A stretch of 61,536 nucleotides of DNA, filler included, from Circinaria calcarea (Eukaryota): assembly GCA_051942165.1 (NCBI GenBank). It is 10 parts of 10 records of this genome, joined end to end, with 100 filler letters (N's around TTAATTAATTAA, not from the genome) between each part and the next. Parts side by side here need not be neighbours in the genome. Positions count along the whole stretch, not along the records: positions 37,016 to 43,071 come from JAVECS010001686.1; positions 43,172 to 49,227 come from JAVECS010001687.1; positions 49,328 to 55,382 come from JAVECS010001688.1; 7 more parts are not named here. One strand, written 5' to 3'. The notes beneath the pieces are model-generated. The model was not told the DNA's origin. It was given only the letters and a program-made list of their open reading frames with translations, and searched no databases. Position 1 is the first letter of the stretch. The number at the start of each line of letters is the position of its first letter. Shown here in pieces: positions 38,890 to 51,956 of the stretch. The translations under genes and the position numbers were made by a program.

Positions 38890-39621
38890 GGCACAAATGA
38901 TGTAGATGAGGTCACCGAGTCAATAGATTGTGATGTATAAGGTATGCATGTACTCCGTAAAGTCAGTTTAAGAAAGACTACTATCGACTTTGTCGAATAC
39001 CCCAAATTAATTTTCGCTTGGCTGAAGATCAACATCGATACTGGCATGACATACATTACCGCAAGCACCCGGCATTAGCTTATCTTTAGGGTCTATTCCG
39101 TACTTAGTCACGCTTGCGTGCTTAGTTAAGTAGTCATCCTCGTCTAGTGAATAGAGAATCATCTCCACACCACTTACTCCGTACATCGTCTTTATGGGTA
39201 ATTTTGTTAGGTAAGTATATATAACTATATCGTATTGCTGATGGATGCTAGCATGCCCTCATGAGCTGTAGGCAGGTGCCAAGGCAAGCCTCAATCGTAT
39301 TCTCACCAATCGGGAGAAGCACTCCCAGCGTTCCAATATTTAGCCGCAGCGCCCCTTGTTGGCTAGGTACCTGGTGGATCTCGTGGACTCTTCGACTCTT
39401 GGACTCTTGGGTCTCTTCTCTTCTCCCAGCTCTCTTGTTCACTTCGAAAATGTTGTTCCTACTTCGCAGCGCAGCAAGTGGCGCTATTTAATTCAGCAGA
39501 CATCTCCTCTTGTATATATCGGGAAGTACCCACTGTTGCTGAAACCTTCAATCAATCTGCGCGCGCATTCTCGCTGTCTTTTCTTACCTTGACTATAGCA
39601 AAATAATGCTTGCATGCAGTC

Positions 39622-42600
39622 ATGCCTTTATTCTCCAGATCGCACTCTAAGAATAGGGATAATACCTCTCCCCCGAATGTCCAGGTCTCACCCGGGTTCC
39701 CTCCTCCCTATCAACCTCCAAATGGATATCAAAATTCTCACCACTACCAAGACACGTATAGCCCTACACCATCACCAGCACCATCAGCTCCTGTATATCG
39801 GTCACCTTCGCCATTCCATCCAGTTTCCCATTTTCAGGCACCCCCGCCCTCCCAAAATGTAGGCTATCAACCAGGTAATTACTTGCAGCACCCAAATTCA
39901 CTACAGAGCCCTATGGCTCTGGTTAGCAATAGCGATACTGCTGTAGCAATGTGGAATCCAGCAGTACAAACTACAGCACAGTGGCAGCCGCCTCCGCCTC
40001 CGCCACCGCTTCCACCAAGGGCGAGCCCTGGCAACGAGATAACCACTGTCACCAGTCCTCCTACGTTAGACGGGTTCTCAGAACCAAGACGCGCGTCATC
40101 AAGTACGAGCACCCGTCTAACTCCTTCAAGCTCCTTCGCCTCTCCTTCACCTTCTAAGCATCTAGAGACGCCAACGAGCCCGTGGACGCAACCAAGCCAA
40201 GCACGCAGTCCATCACCAGCTATTTTACCTCAGCGGAAGACTGGACAGCAGGAACCACCAAAAGTACGGAAGATACTGTCTTTAGGTACGTAAAATATGA
40301 ATGACGCGGGGTTACTCGAACATGGCAATAGTCTGAGCTAACTGAGCTTTGTAGACGGAGGTGGTATTAGAGGCCTTTCTATAATCATCATACTCAAGTA
40401 TATCATGAACCAATTAAACCGTAAACGAGGGACCCATTTGGATCCGTGGCAAGAGTTTGACATGATTGGCGGCACCAGTACGGGTGGTCTCATTGCCATC
40501 ATGTTGGGGCGCCTACGCATGAGCCTTAAGGACTGTGAGGCTGCATACATCCGCCTTTCCAGCGAGATCTTTACTCCCGTACGCAACAATACCGACCCTC
40601 GACGTATATATGATTTTTTCAAAGCCAACGGGAAGTTTGACGAGAAGCCTCTTGAGCTTTGTATCAAAAAGGCAGTTGTAGATTACGGGCTCGATGAGGA
40701 TGCTTTGTTACAAGAATTTCATACTGACCTTGAGCCGTGTAAAGTGTAAGAGCAAACTTCTCCGACTGTCCACAGGTATCAACGGCATCGTAAATGACAG
40801 CTAACGACATGCTTTGAAGGTTTGTATGCGCTACAAGGGGAGAAAATTCAAGTCCCGCGGTTATTCGATCCTACGAGTCTAACAACCTTCATGACCCTCT
40901 GATTGAGGTATGCAAGATATGGGAAGCTGCAAGAGCAACGTCGGCCGCTTCGACATTCTTCGAACCAGTTGAAATAGGGCCTTATAAGGAGTTATTCGTC
41001 GATGGTGCCTTGAGAAGAAACAATCCCATTCGAGAAGCCGACAATGAATCGAGAGATCTTTGGCCGGGGGCAGAACGACTCATCATCAGTATCGGTACCG
41101 GTAGTGCACCTGGTGGCTCAGCAGTTGGAAACCTGTACTCGCTCGCGCAGCGCTTGAAGGATATCGTCACCGATTCGGAACAAACATGCCAAGACTTTGA
41201 GTCGGCAAACGAGGCCATGGTAGCGAACAATCACTTATTTCGATTCAATGTCTACCACGGCCTGGCTGAAGTTGGGTTGGAAGAATACAAAGCCGCTAAT
41301 CTCATAGCTGCACATACTAACACGTACCTCACCAATCCGCAGACCACGAGACTTGTCAATGCTTGCGTTCAAAGCTTGAGATCTGGGGGGCAACGCTTAG
41401 GTTATGCGTCTTTGGAAGGTTAGCCTTAGCTCAGATATTTTTGTTCTCCTTATGTTACAGTCATTGCAGATAAATAGGTTTGCTTTGTCTTGATATAATC
41501 ATGTCGTAGGAAACCTCCGGTCATGCTAGTCTTATCAGAGTTCGGATATCACATGTGTTGTACGCCCCAAACCAGTCGATACAAGCATTTTATCAACGTT
41601 GGAAACGGCATATCAGAAAGTTGCATATGTATGACATGGAAGTGTGGTTATACAGATTTATCTTACATTAGAGTTCTAGCCACGGCCACGCAAAGCTGTC
41701 TCTATGCATATTGTTAGAACTGCCGTTACAACTACCTGGCTATGGATATGTTCATTGGCTAATACCTTCTGTCTTTAGAAATTACCGAAATGATGGCGGC
41801 AGCTCAGCTGCAAGGCATTGTCGCCAGTATTTGTGGCGCTTGCCTTAGAGGTCCAATACAAACTGCCGTGTATTTCGGATCCTTGTTAACAGTCAGCGCA
41901 GGTATCATGTACGATGAAACGTACCATTACTGCTCAACGTGTAACTATGCCCTCTGCCGATACTGCCACGGCGGGCACGAGTACAGCCACTTCGAGCAGA
42001 TGCTCCGCTTTGTGATTTCTGGCTGGACCCCTACGATGAAAATCAGCACGGCCACCAAAGACTGTGCAACATGCTCTCGCGAAACTAAAGCCCGGATCGA
42101 ATGTACCGAGTGCTCGACAGCCATCTGCGGAACATGCAACGCCATCGCCAAACTCCGCCAGAAATGGTTCGAAAACCACAAGGCGGAATATCCGCGGCAC
42201 AGGTCTTACCGGGCTTTCAATCCGCCGTATGTGTATGTTAAGCCGCCTTCGAGTTGGGCGTGTGCGTGTCTAGATATCCAAGGCGGGATTTCCCATTGCG
42301 ATCGGTGTAGCGAGTGTGAGTTTCGTTACCCAGAGAGAAGAGGAACCGATCGTAACGCTGACCACCCCTCCCCGTCACAGTAATACAAGTTGAGCAGAAG
42401 CTTTATGTTTGCCAAACGTGCAAACTAGAGTATGGCTCCTTCCAAGAACTCTGCCAAAGCTGCATGGAGGACGAAAACCCCGAACACCTCTCCCACGACT
42501 TTACATGCTACAACATCTCGAGGACGACCGACCGGCCTGACGATTTAGAAATCCAAAAGCGAAGCCTCTGGCGCTGCGAAGTCTGTCCTTTCGGTAGGTT

Positions 42601-43071
42601 CCCAAACACTTGCCCCTTTCTCCGCTTCCCTCTCACCTCTTTCTCCGGTCCCTTCATCCCGCCTCCACTAACAATCCCTCCCTTCCTTCCCTAGAAACCG
42701 GTCCTACGCCTCCCGGCTACCACTCGCACCTGCGTATGAAACTCTGCCTCGGTGACGCCATCGCCGACTTCCGACGCCAGAACCTCCCCTTTGAGTGCCC
42801 CAAAGGTCTCCCGCGCAAGCTCCTCGCCAAGGACCCCTCCCCCACCGACTCCGTCATCACCTGCATGATCTGCCGCAAGTTTTTGCAGTACGAGACGCCC
42901 ACACTCGTGTGCTTTGAGTGCGGCTCGGGATGCTGCCACGAGTGCATCGAGCGGTGCTGGCATCGCCATCGCCGGCTGTACCGCGTGCGGCTGCAGAAGA
43001 TGGTGGTGGCGAATCGGAATCCGTTGGGCTTTGAGCAGTGGAAGTGTGATCTTTGCGGTACAGGTACGGAA
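39622..43071 (+). CDS. Patatin-like phospholipase with Pro-rich N-terminus and C-terminal tandem ZZ-like zinc fingers (3' truncated)
   Basis: KILSL|DGGGIRGLS, GGTSTGGLIAIMLGRL, IWEAARATSAA.TFF, FVDGA. A phase-1 intron at about 41419-41778 joins in frame to exons with repeated CxxC...CxxC-x4-CxxC...H motifs. Confidence 0.82.
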
Positions 43072-43171
43072 NNNNNNNNNNNNNNNNNNNNNNNNNNNNN
43101 NNNNNNNNNNNNNNNTTAATTAATTAANNNNNNNNNNNNNNNNNNNNNNNNNNNNNNNNNNNNNNNNNNNN
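43072..43171. other. Artificial contig linker
   Basis: N44-TTAATTAATTAA-N44. Confidence 0.99.
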
Positions 43172-43294
43172 AATCTATCATCTCAGCAACCTTTTTCTCC
43201 TTCCAGTTCGACGTCAAAGCGTGTTCCTGAACCTTCGTCACCAATAGCTTTTGCAAAGGACGGCCTTTTTCACCAATGACTAGATCGTATGGCA

Positions 43295-45048
43295 TCATTG
43301 TTCCTCCAGCCCGGTAAGATGATACCCATGGTATCCATCTCCACCAAACAGTCTTTCGCTCTCGGGCGAATACCCATGCTTCTTCTTGAGCCAGTCTCCA
43401 CCGAGGAACTGTCGAATGCACGTGTCGTCGGGTTTCTTTTGCGGGGATTCAAGTGGGACGAGCTTGTAAAAGTTCTCGTCGATGACAGTAGGCTCACAAG
43501 AGCAGCGGTGAGATGATCGAGGAGGACAGTGCCTGTCATGGGTTAGGATCCCTATAAGGTCGTAAGGTTGCAAGAAATCACCTGTTGATGTCGTGCTGAT
43601 ATCCTATGTCCCTAAAGAACCAGATCTCGTCCTTCGGCACAAACATAGCCACGCTGAGGGTATGAATTGGCGCATCGCCAAACCTTTCGTAGAAGAACCC
43701 CCCGCCTCTGTCCAACCATTCAAAATATTTCTCATTAGCTTCGCCCCGGAAATAGTTCAGATTGCCAACTTCGAAGTTTGAAAAGAATTGGCAGTTGTTA
43801 TAATCTCCATTATTGTGAGGATCCAGAAGCCAGTCGAGATCGGCTTCGGGATGGATAAATTCAGGATGATTATTAATGAAGGAACGCGTGCGCGACCATA
43901 GAGATGGAAATGACCGCGCGTCATCGAGAATGTTCATGTTGAAGCCGTATTTCATATTGTTGTCTTGCATGAAGCGAAAGACATCGTAGTCAATGTCACA
44001 AAAGAAATGGACCTATCAGTAGTGTCAGCATGTATATGAAGTGGGATAGGGTCCGGGGGAAGAGATACATCGGGTTCCACTCGCCAATACCAATCAAAGT
44101 CCTTTAGTCGCGGGTGCTTGTAAAAGAAGCCACTGTTCCAGCGACACATATGGCGATAGCTAATCATCCACCCCTTACCCACGCCTATAGCACCTAGGTA
44201 CTCCAAGCTATTCATGAATCTCCCTTCGTCAATCCAATCAGGGAGGGACCAGTGGTCATTTGGCACAATTTCGTAATAGCATTTAGCTGAGGTGAGATTC
44301 TGCGTAGCTTGCTAAACTCTTATTAGCATGGAACGTTTGGAGTGGTGAAATGCCTCGCCTTGAACTCGTCGCTGAAAGGTTCGTCGTTGAAGAAGATCCA
44401 GGGATACTGATACTTACGGTTCCAACGAAACTCTAGTTGACGCATGCTCTGCATTAGACCGGGCAGTTCGGAGTTTCGCACCAAACTTATCAGAGCAGCG
44501 CGTGGCCTTGCGGAAACATGCCCAATACTTGTTAGGGAGGCAAGGAGCTTTGGTTGGTCAGCAACGTTGTGCTTATTGTTCGAATTGTATTCTATCCATC
44601 GAAGTGGATCCGAGGCATGTCTATTCGTGCCCATTGAGACAGGGCGAAGCACTCGGTACGGACTAGAAACCGGTTGTAGCAGGGTGATGTGGACCACCCG
44701 TTGCCGCCATGTTCGAGGGGGTGGAACAACCCAGATCAGCAAGGTTAGAGCTATGCATACGATCATAGCCACCTGCCTCTTGGTAACGCTGCCCCGGATC
44801 CTGGCCGGTATATATCTTCTCGGCGACCAGCGCGAAAGTGGTCGAGGTGATTGCCAGAACAGTGAAGCCGAGGAGGCAGACGTTGAGCTTGAGGACGAGG
44901 AGGAATAATCAGCGGAGGGTAGATGGAACTTTGGCAAGGTTGATCTCGAAGGGCATGGCGTCACCAACAGCTTCGGAGACTTTGCATTAGGGAGGACCTC
45001 TGGCGGCGAGGAGAAGATCCTTGCAACTGCTGAATCAAGGAAGCCCAT
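43295..45048 (-). CDS. Alpha-1,2-mannosyltransferase, KRE2/KTR family (GT15); 4 exons
   Basis: Type II TM segment, LVRNSEL, YPWIFFND, SYRHMCRWNSGFF, YWRVEP, YNNCQFFSNFEV, GGFFYERFGDAPIH, DIGYQH. Confidence 0.95.
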
Positions 45049-45753
45049 CGTTGATACTATGTATCAATCTCCGGCTTTTGCTGTTTGCCCTGGATACGCT
45101 GTCCCTCGTTGGGATGCAATCGGTGAGGTACAGGTCCGCCTGCATGCGGCTGAATTCTGGTTGTGTTGAGCTGCACAATCTGCGATAGCCTCTGCCAAGA
45201 GATCTTAACCTGCTGCGCAAACAGTTGGAGCCGCAACAACAAACGAGTGAATTTTTCTTGAACGAGTCCGTCTCTTCGGCTGAGCCCCGGAGAGGTGCTG
45301 TTGGTGTGTGATGAGACCAGAAGATCTTTACACGGTCGTCATCGTCCGCGGGCCAGGACGGTCTTATTTCGGTTAAATTGGTTTTAGCTTAGGGCAAATG
45401 CTCGCCACACTCTCCTCTTTGGGTGTCATGTTCCTTTACGAGAAGAGAAAGCAGCACCAAGGGAAATCTAGTAGAGTATAGGATCATGGTAGTCCATGAT
45501 GTCACAAGTAGTCGAAAGTACTCCCATTCCTCATGCATCAGATCATCCTCTGCCCTCGACCTCTTCCAAGATCTCTCGCCATATTGCACAATCAGTGGAA
45601 AGCCGAGATCACGACGCACGATGCCCGTTTTCCCAGCGCTTATTCAACCACAATCAATCATCCGATGCCGAAGATACTGTCAACCGATTACTGAGGTAGA
45701 AGTCACCGCTTCCATGGGGGTATCTTATGCCTTGCTCCCTTTGAGACCAGAAA

Positions 45754-48700
45754 TCAAGTAACCATAACGTCCTCCGCGCCCAACTGGACATCCGTGATCC
45801 CAAGAAGCCTCGCATACGGTACCGTGATACGCTGCAGGTCGCGGTGCTTGCCTTGTAGGTGTCAGCGAGCAGAAGAAGAGCATAGTGTGGTCAAATGCCT
45901 TACCCAGAATGAGGATGACACCCCTGAGTAGATCCATTTTCGGCCAGCCACAGAGGTAGCCAGTTTTGTTCGCCCACTGTCTATCTGCTATTAGTACTCG
46001 TCGATCCTGCGCCAGTGCCCCTGATGAGGATCCCGAAGAGACGCTTCCGTCCATGTCCTGGGCTATGTCTACCCCCAGATTATCCACCAGCCCTGCTAGG
46101 AGCTCTTTAACTTTGCCCTTGAGACCCTCCGCCCCCAGTCTCCTCGCATACATGTAGAGATACGTCTGAAACTCCCCCTTTGACCCTAACATCAAGGCGG
46201 CTGCGATACGGTTCTCTAAATGACCAATGGACACACTCGACTCCAATGCTTCGAAGCCTTCTCGCGAAAGCAACTGCTTGACCAAACGTTGCAGGAAATA
46301 AGCTCTTCCTCGGACAAGAGTTTCGTTAGTCGTGCTCCTTTCCAAGTAAGGCACAACTCCGGCCCCCACGCTGGTAGCATTGGGATCAGTTCCGGTACCG
46401 GTAGAAGAAGCCTTTAAATTACCAATTGAAGAGTCGGTTGTATTCCAGTACTGGCTACCGACTGCCCACCAAACCTCGGATAGCCGCTGCCAAGCATACA
46501 TGCTGCTGGAGTAGGCAAAGCCGTCGCCGTTATTCAACGTTATAATGATCCTTCCTTCGCTAGTGAGGCGGGCGGAGGTGATTGCAGGAGCTTTGGTTGG
46601 GCTAGCTTGCAGACTATGCGTGGCAATATCGAGAACGGGGGCGAGAGACACAGGAGGGTGAGGTGAGATCATCAGCTCCATATCATACAAGTAACACATT
46701 CCGACTGCGGTGATACATAGCAAATATCGGCTCGTGCTCTCGAGTATTACGGGCTGACTCTCTAGTATTATTGGACTGATGGTCCTTCTCCCAGCTGCAG
46801 ACCATGTATAGATACTCCCATCCTCACAGGCTGCGGCCCAGAATTTAGTGTTTCCAGTGACTAAAAGGACACTTCTTGGAAGGAAATCATGCCAGACTGG
46901 TTGACCATTCTTGGTCACTGCCAGGCGTGACGGTTCTCGGTCTTCGGATCGTCCGGTTGCCGATGGTCCAGTCGGATTACGTACCTCAAACAGAAGATTT
47001 GTTGAAGCGATAGGATCTGAGATACCAATGCTAGGAACACTAGAGTTTCCGTTTGGCTGACCACCAATGCTGGCATCACCGCGAGAGCTTTGAACTATTT
47101 TCGTTCGAACCTTCGGGACAGCAAGCCGAACTTGGCTAACCAGCAGGCTCGGATTTGTGACTGCGGGGCGAATGGGTTCAGGTATTGGTTGAGCCGCGCC
47201 TGAGCTCTGATTTTGGGCAGGCGTAAGACCTTCGACAGTATTGGAAAGAATGGGTACAGCTCCATTCTGACTAGCGGTGGCGATCCTCTTTACTGTCCGA
47301 CTCTCGCCCTCGCCCTCTTCGACTACCAACTTTCGCTTGTTGCCTAACAGCAGCGCCGCCAGACCGCCTTTAGGCAGACCGTCGAACGGCTTTGAAAGGT
47401 CTAAAATTGTCGCAGGCAAGTCATTGGCGCCGCCTTGTGATTGCGAAGATGAAGCCATCAGCTGAGAGCGCGGCAGCGAGGACTCGCCGGCACCGAGAGA
47501 TGAGACTGTCAAGGGGGCTATGCGCTTCTTCCCATCTTTAGTGATTGTCACACGGTGTTTCAGTCGTTCTAATTCTGCTGCGTGAGGATCTGCCGTTCCT
47601 TGCGCACTATTGTTTGGGTTTGCTCCATCCGGTCGACTAGCACTAGCTTGACCGTTACCGCGTATATCTGCAGACATGCCAACCCCATTGCTGAGCAGGA
47701 TTGTGGGTTGTACAGAAGGACCTCCACCGTTCGTAGCAGATTCCAAGGGTCGGGTAGAGTCACCCATTAGAGCTCCCATACGTCCTTCTACTCCTCGTAA
47801 TTCTCCTTCCCTACTCCTCTCCTCCAGCAAAAGAGCACTAGGACCTTCAACCATTCCTGCCCCCCTTCTGCCGGCTCCAAACTTTGCGAGGGCCTTCTCG
47901 TTTTCATCTAGACTCACGCTGTATCCAAGCTCATTCTCTCCAAAAATCACAGCGATTATACTGCCGTCGAGACTTGTGACAAACAGATTTCTGCCATCCG
48001 GACTCCACGCGAGGTCAGATATAGACTTCACAGCCAGATCCTGGGTGATGAGAAGTGGCCTAGGGTTGCTGGTAATCCATATGCTAAGCGCTTTGTCCTG
48101 ACCAGCACACGCGATTACCGTCACGAACTGAGACATATGTTGACCGTTGGAACCTCTTGGAAGATTTTCAACCGGCACCTTGGAAAATAGCCTTGGGGAA
48201 AAGGCACAGACTTCTACCGGCCCTTCGTGACCAATCAAATGAATGTCACCTTCCCAGGTCCCACGATTGATAACTGCCACCGAGCTAACTGGTCCATTGA
48301 CTGCGTTTGCGGCTGCAATATGATTTCCATCCGGAGACCATGAGCACCGACGGAAATAAGTAGTCAAAGGGGAGGCTGCGAAAGGTGCGGTAATGGACTT
48401 CTCGAGCATAAAATTGTTGGTCTGGTCATGCGCCGAGGAGTTTGGACCTGGCGGGGTGAACCGAAAGATTTTGATAGTCCGATCGTCGCTTGCGGTTGCA
48501 AAGTACTTGTTCGCCGGATCAAAGGTAAGGCCTTTTACATGGCTCAGATGACTTGAGATGGTCTTGAGCTTCTCGAAGGTATGACCTGACCAGACTACGA
48601 CCTTGGAGTCCAATCCTACGGAAACGAGGATTGACGAATCGTAGGACCAGCCAAGATCTTGCACGTCATTGTCATGACCGATGAGCCTCCGAAAGATACG

Positions 48701-49171
48701 CCAGTTCTCAACGGGAGGTGCCTCATTTGTACCTGTTGAACTTTTCAGCACTGCTCAACCTACACTCGCGCCTCCACGACCTACCAAATGTAGCCGTGTG
48801 CGAGGGAGGGCTGGGGTCCAAGGTGTAAACGCATACTATCTTGTCGTCGGCGCCAGACGCCAAGAAGCGGCCATTCGACGAGAAGCGCACTGTGTGTATG
48901 GTGCCCGAGTGATGGCTCATCGACGCCAATTGCTTGGGCAGTGAAGAGGCAGGATCCGCGGCATTGTAGATGGCTGCGGTAGACCAAATTCGCACATGGC
49001 CATCTATGCCATACCTTGATTAGCATCATCGCGACTCTCGTAGGATAACCAACACCAACCTCCAGCCGCGGTGACCAGCCTGGTGCCATCTGGGGAGACG
49101 TGACAGCTGTAAACCTCGAAGTCTTTCTTCTCACCGCCATGAGTAAGCCATGTGGGCCGGATGAAGTGCAT
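45754..49171 (-). CDS. HIR1: HIR complex histone chaperone subunit Hir1/HIRA; 4 exons
   Basis: MHFIRPTWLTHGGEKKDFEVYSCHVSPDG, WD40 repeats (GHDNDVQDLGWS, HVKGLTFDPANKYFATASDDR), B-domain VTITKDGKKRIAP, SIGHLENR. Last exon KHRDLQRITVPYA ends at TGA 45756-45754. Confidence 0.96.
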
Positions 49172-49227
49172 GGCGTGTATCCCTACGGAGTCCTTTGCGA
49201 AACATAACTCTGGACGTACACGCGCAT

Positions 49228-49327
49228 NNNNNNNNNNNNNNNNNNNNNNNNNNNNNNNNNNNNNNNNNNNNTTAATTAATTAANNNNNNNNNNNNNNNNN
49301 NNNNNNNNNNNNNNNNNNNNNNNNNNN
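49228..49327. other. Artificial contig linker
   Basis: N44-TTAATTAATTAA-N44. Confidence 0.99.
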
Positions 49328-51774
49328 GCCCCAACCTGCCCCCGCACAAGCAGGCACTCCACTCGGAACAGGTCCAACTGCTTGTGGACTTACTGAAAGC
49401 TGCTCAAGCGATTCAGGCCAAACCCGCTAATCAGCCGGAGAAGACGAGAGAGCCATCCGGCGACGATAGTGTTTCACGAGAGAGGGGATCGAAGCTAGAG
49501 TATAAAACGATCCAAGAAATGTAGATCCCTTGCACATGAACAAGTTTCCAAAAAGGTTAATATAACCTCTCTGCAGTTGGGATGAGAAAGCGTATAAGTA
49601 CCAGATCGTTGAATCCACAGCGCTATTGGGAGAGGTAGATGAGCTAGATGAGTATGTATTTGTGATTCGGGTGAGGATTGGTGAGCTATTTGGCCTCTGC
49701 ACAGCTCTTTATTACTGATGATGTCATACCCTAGACAAGAAGACCATGGAACCAACGTTCTACGTTGATATTAAGTCGGAAGGATTGCGAGACATCTTGA
49801 GGACTATCCTGCGAGACGTTAAGGGAATATATCTTAGAGAAGACAAGCTCATAGTACGAACATTCCTATCCTTAACGAAGTCGAATCTGTACACTAGTCA
49901 CTTACCTTATCTTAGATCGAACAGAAACTACTATACAACCACATTACGGACTTGGAAGAGTATCAATGCGATGGCTCATACCTGAAACACTTCAACCTGC
50001 TAATCGACTTCATAAAGGTGACCTATGCGTCCACCACTGAACGTTTTACCGCGCTTCTTGAGGATCACGAAATCACTTATGATCTGCTGTGGGCGCTTTT
50101 CAAACCGAATATAGTGGTGTACACCACCTATTACGGTACTGGCAAGCCCAGGTGTGTCAGATACCATTTCGGCGAAGAGAGGACGATGCAAAACGGGTTT
50201 GAATACTTTAATATGGAGTGCTGCTTCATTGACTTTGATGGCAAAGTGTGTGGGGAGACCCCGGTCGAGCTTGTCATTGAGAAATTCCGTGGAACGAAGG
50301 GGATCGACTCTCTTGATGCCTTTCCTCTTCACTATTATCTGAACCAAAATGAGGTCAAGACGACTCTCATCGAACGTGATCGAAAGTTTGTATCCTTGAT
50401 GGGCGTTCATCATCGTCAGTATCGAGGAAACGCATTCTATATGCACAAGGGACTGCCGAATAAGTTTCCCGTCGACAGCCGGATCATGATCGACACGGTC
50501 TTCTTTCGAGAGGCCAACCCCAATTACACCATGCCTCATATCGAGAAGTTGGCCAAAAAAACAATAACAGGGAATGAATTTATGTTCTTTTCGATTGACG
50601 ATCCTTCGGAGAAGCAGTCAGGTCGAGTGAAGAGGAGCGGCAAAAACTCTGCTGAGATGATGGAAGATGACTTGATCCTCTGCAGCCCCACTGTATCAGG
50701 ATTCAGCTACAGAAACAAAATGTGGGGTGAGTAGAATTTCTTTCGTTGCTTACCGGGGAGAAGTGAGACGCTAAAATTTTGAGTAGCTGAGTTTGCGGTT
50801 GCCGATGTCAACGAGATCAATTGGAATCCCTTGTCTTTCGCTCGACTTACGATCTCTTCCAAGAAAAAAGAGGTTATCCAGGCACTGGCCGAAGCGCATA
50901 CGGGTCAGGCGTCTAACCACATATTCGATGACTTTGTGATCGGGAAAGGACTAGGCCTGATCATACTTTTGCAGTATGGCCTTCAATCCACTTATTTAAT
51001 GTCACTGTACTAATTCCTTTACCAGTGGGCTTCCAGGCCTCGGCAAGACTATGACAGCCGAGGGAATATCTGAACATCTTCAAAAACCACTCTATTCGGT
51101 ATGTTTTGCAGCTGATCGACAGCAGTGCTACCTATGCTGACTTGACAGATCTCCGCCGGGGAACTAGGCACTACTGTAGAGAAGCTTGAAATGCAACTGC
51201 CCCTGATCTTTCGCCGTGCCGAGAAATGGAACGCCGTCCTCCTTCTTGATGAAGCCGACGTATTCCTTGAGCAACGCTTATGTCATGATGTCCACCGCAA
51301 TGCCCTCGTCTCTGTGTTCTTACGAGAATTAGAGTATTATCAAGGGATCATGTTCCTCACAACCAACCGAGTTAAACATATTGATGACGCCATCGCGAGC
51401 AGAGTACACCTCCCGTTAAGGTACAAATCCTTAAGTCTGGATGATTGAAGAAGCATTTGGAAAGGCTTTCTTGAAAAGGCTGTCACTAAAGAAGGAAGGG
51501 CGTCTTACAGTCGCAAGGACCTCGAGCGTCTTGCAGAAAATGACATCAACGGTCGCCAGGTAGGCTTTCCTACGGAACGTTCGAAAAGACTTATATACTG
51601 ATTATTTGTGTCTCTTAGATTAAAAACGCTGTATCCACGGCTTACGCGTTAGCGACTTAAAAGGGATGTTAGATAGATATGTCTTATCTCGAGGTAGCTA
51701 TTACTACCGGCGAGGACTTTGAATATGATTTCAGAGGGGCGGGTCAAGTTGGCAACTTGCAGTCTTATGCGTAG
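49328..51774 (+). pseudogene. Fungal-expanded AAA+ ATPase, multi-exon, with two premature stops; 5' truncated
   Basis: ITYDLLWALFKP, RIMID, ILCSPTVSGFS..K.W, DDFVIGKG.GLIILL, Walker A GLPGLGKT, Walker B LLLDEAD, LEYYQGIMFLTTNR, INGRQ|IKN. In-frame TGA at 51446-51448 and TAA at 51658-51660. Confidence 0.85.
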
Positions 51775-51956
51775 AGCTCTAGGATGAAAAGGAAAATGAG
51801 CCCCTAGAACCAAGAACTGATACAATCTGCATGGCCTGTTGACGGCATAGGTGGTATGGTGGAGGACGATTCACTTTATATTTGTGAGCGATTAGGCGAG
51901 GGCGTCCACGTGATATGGAGGCCGCCATTCTCGCGCCTCGTAACGTGTTCATATGC

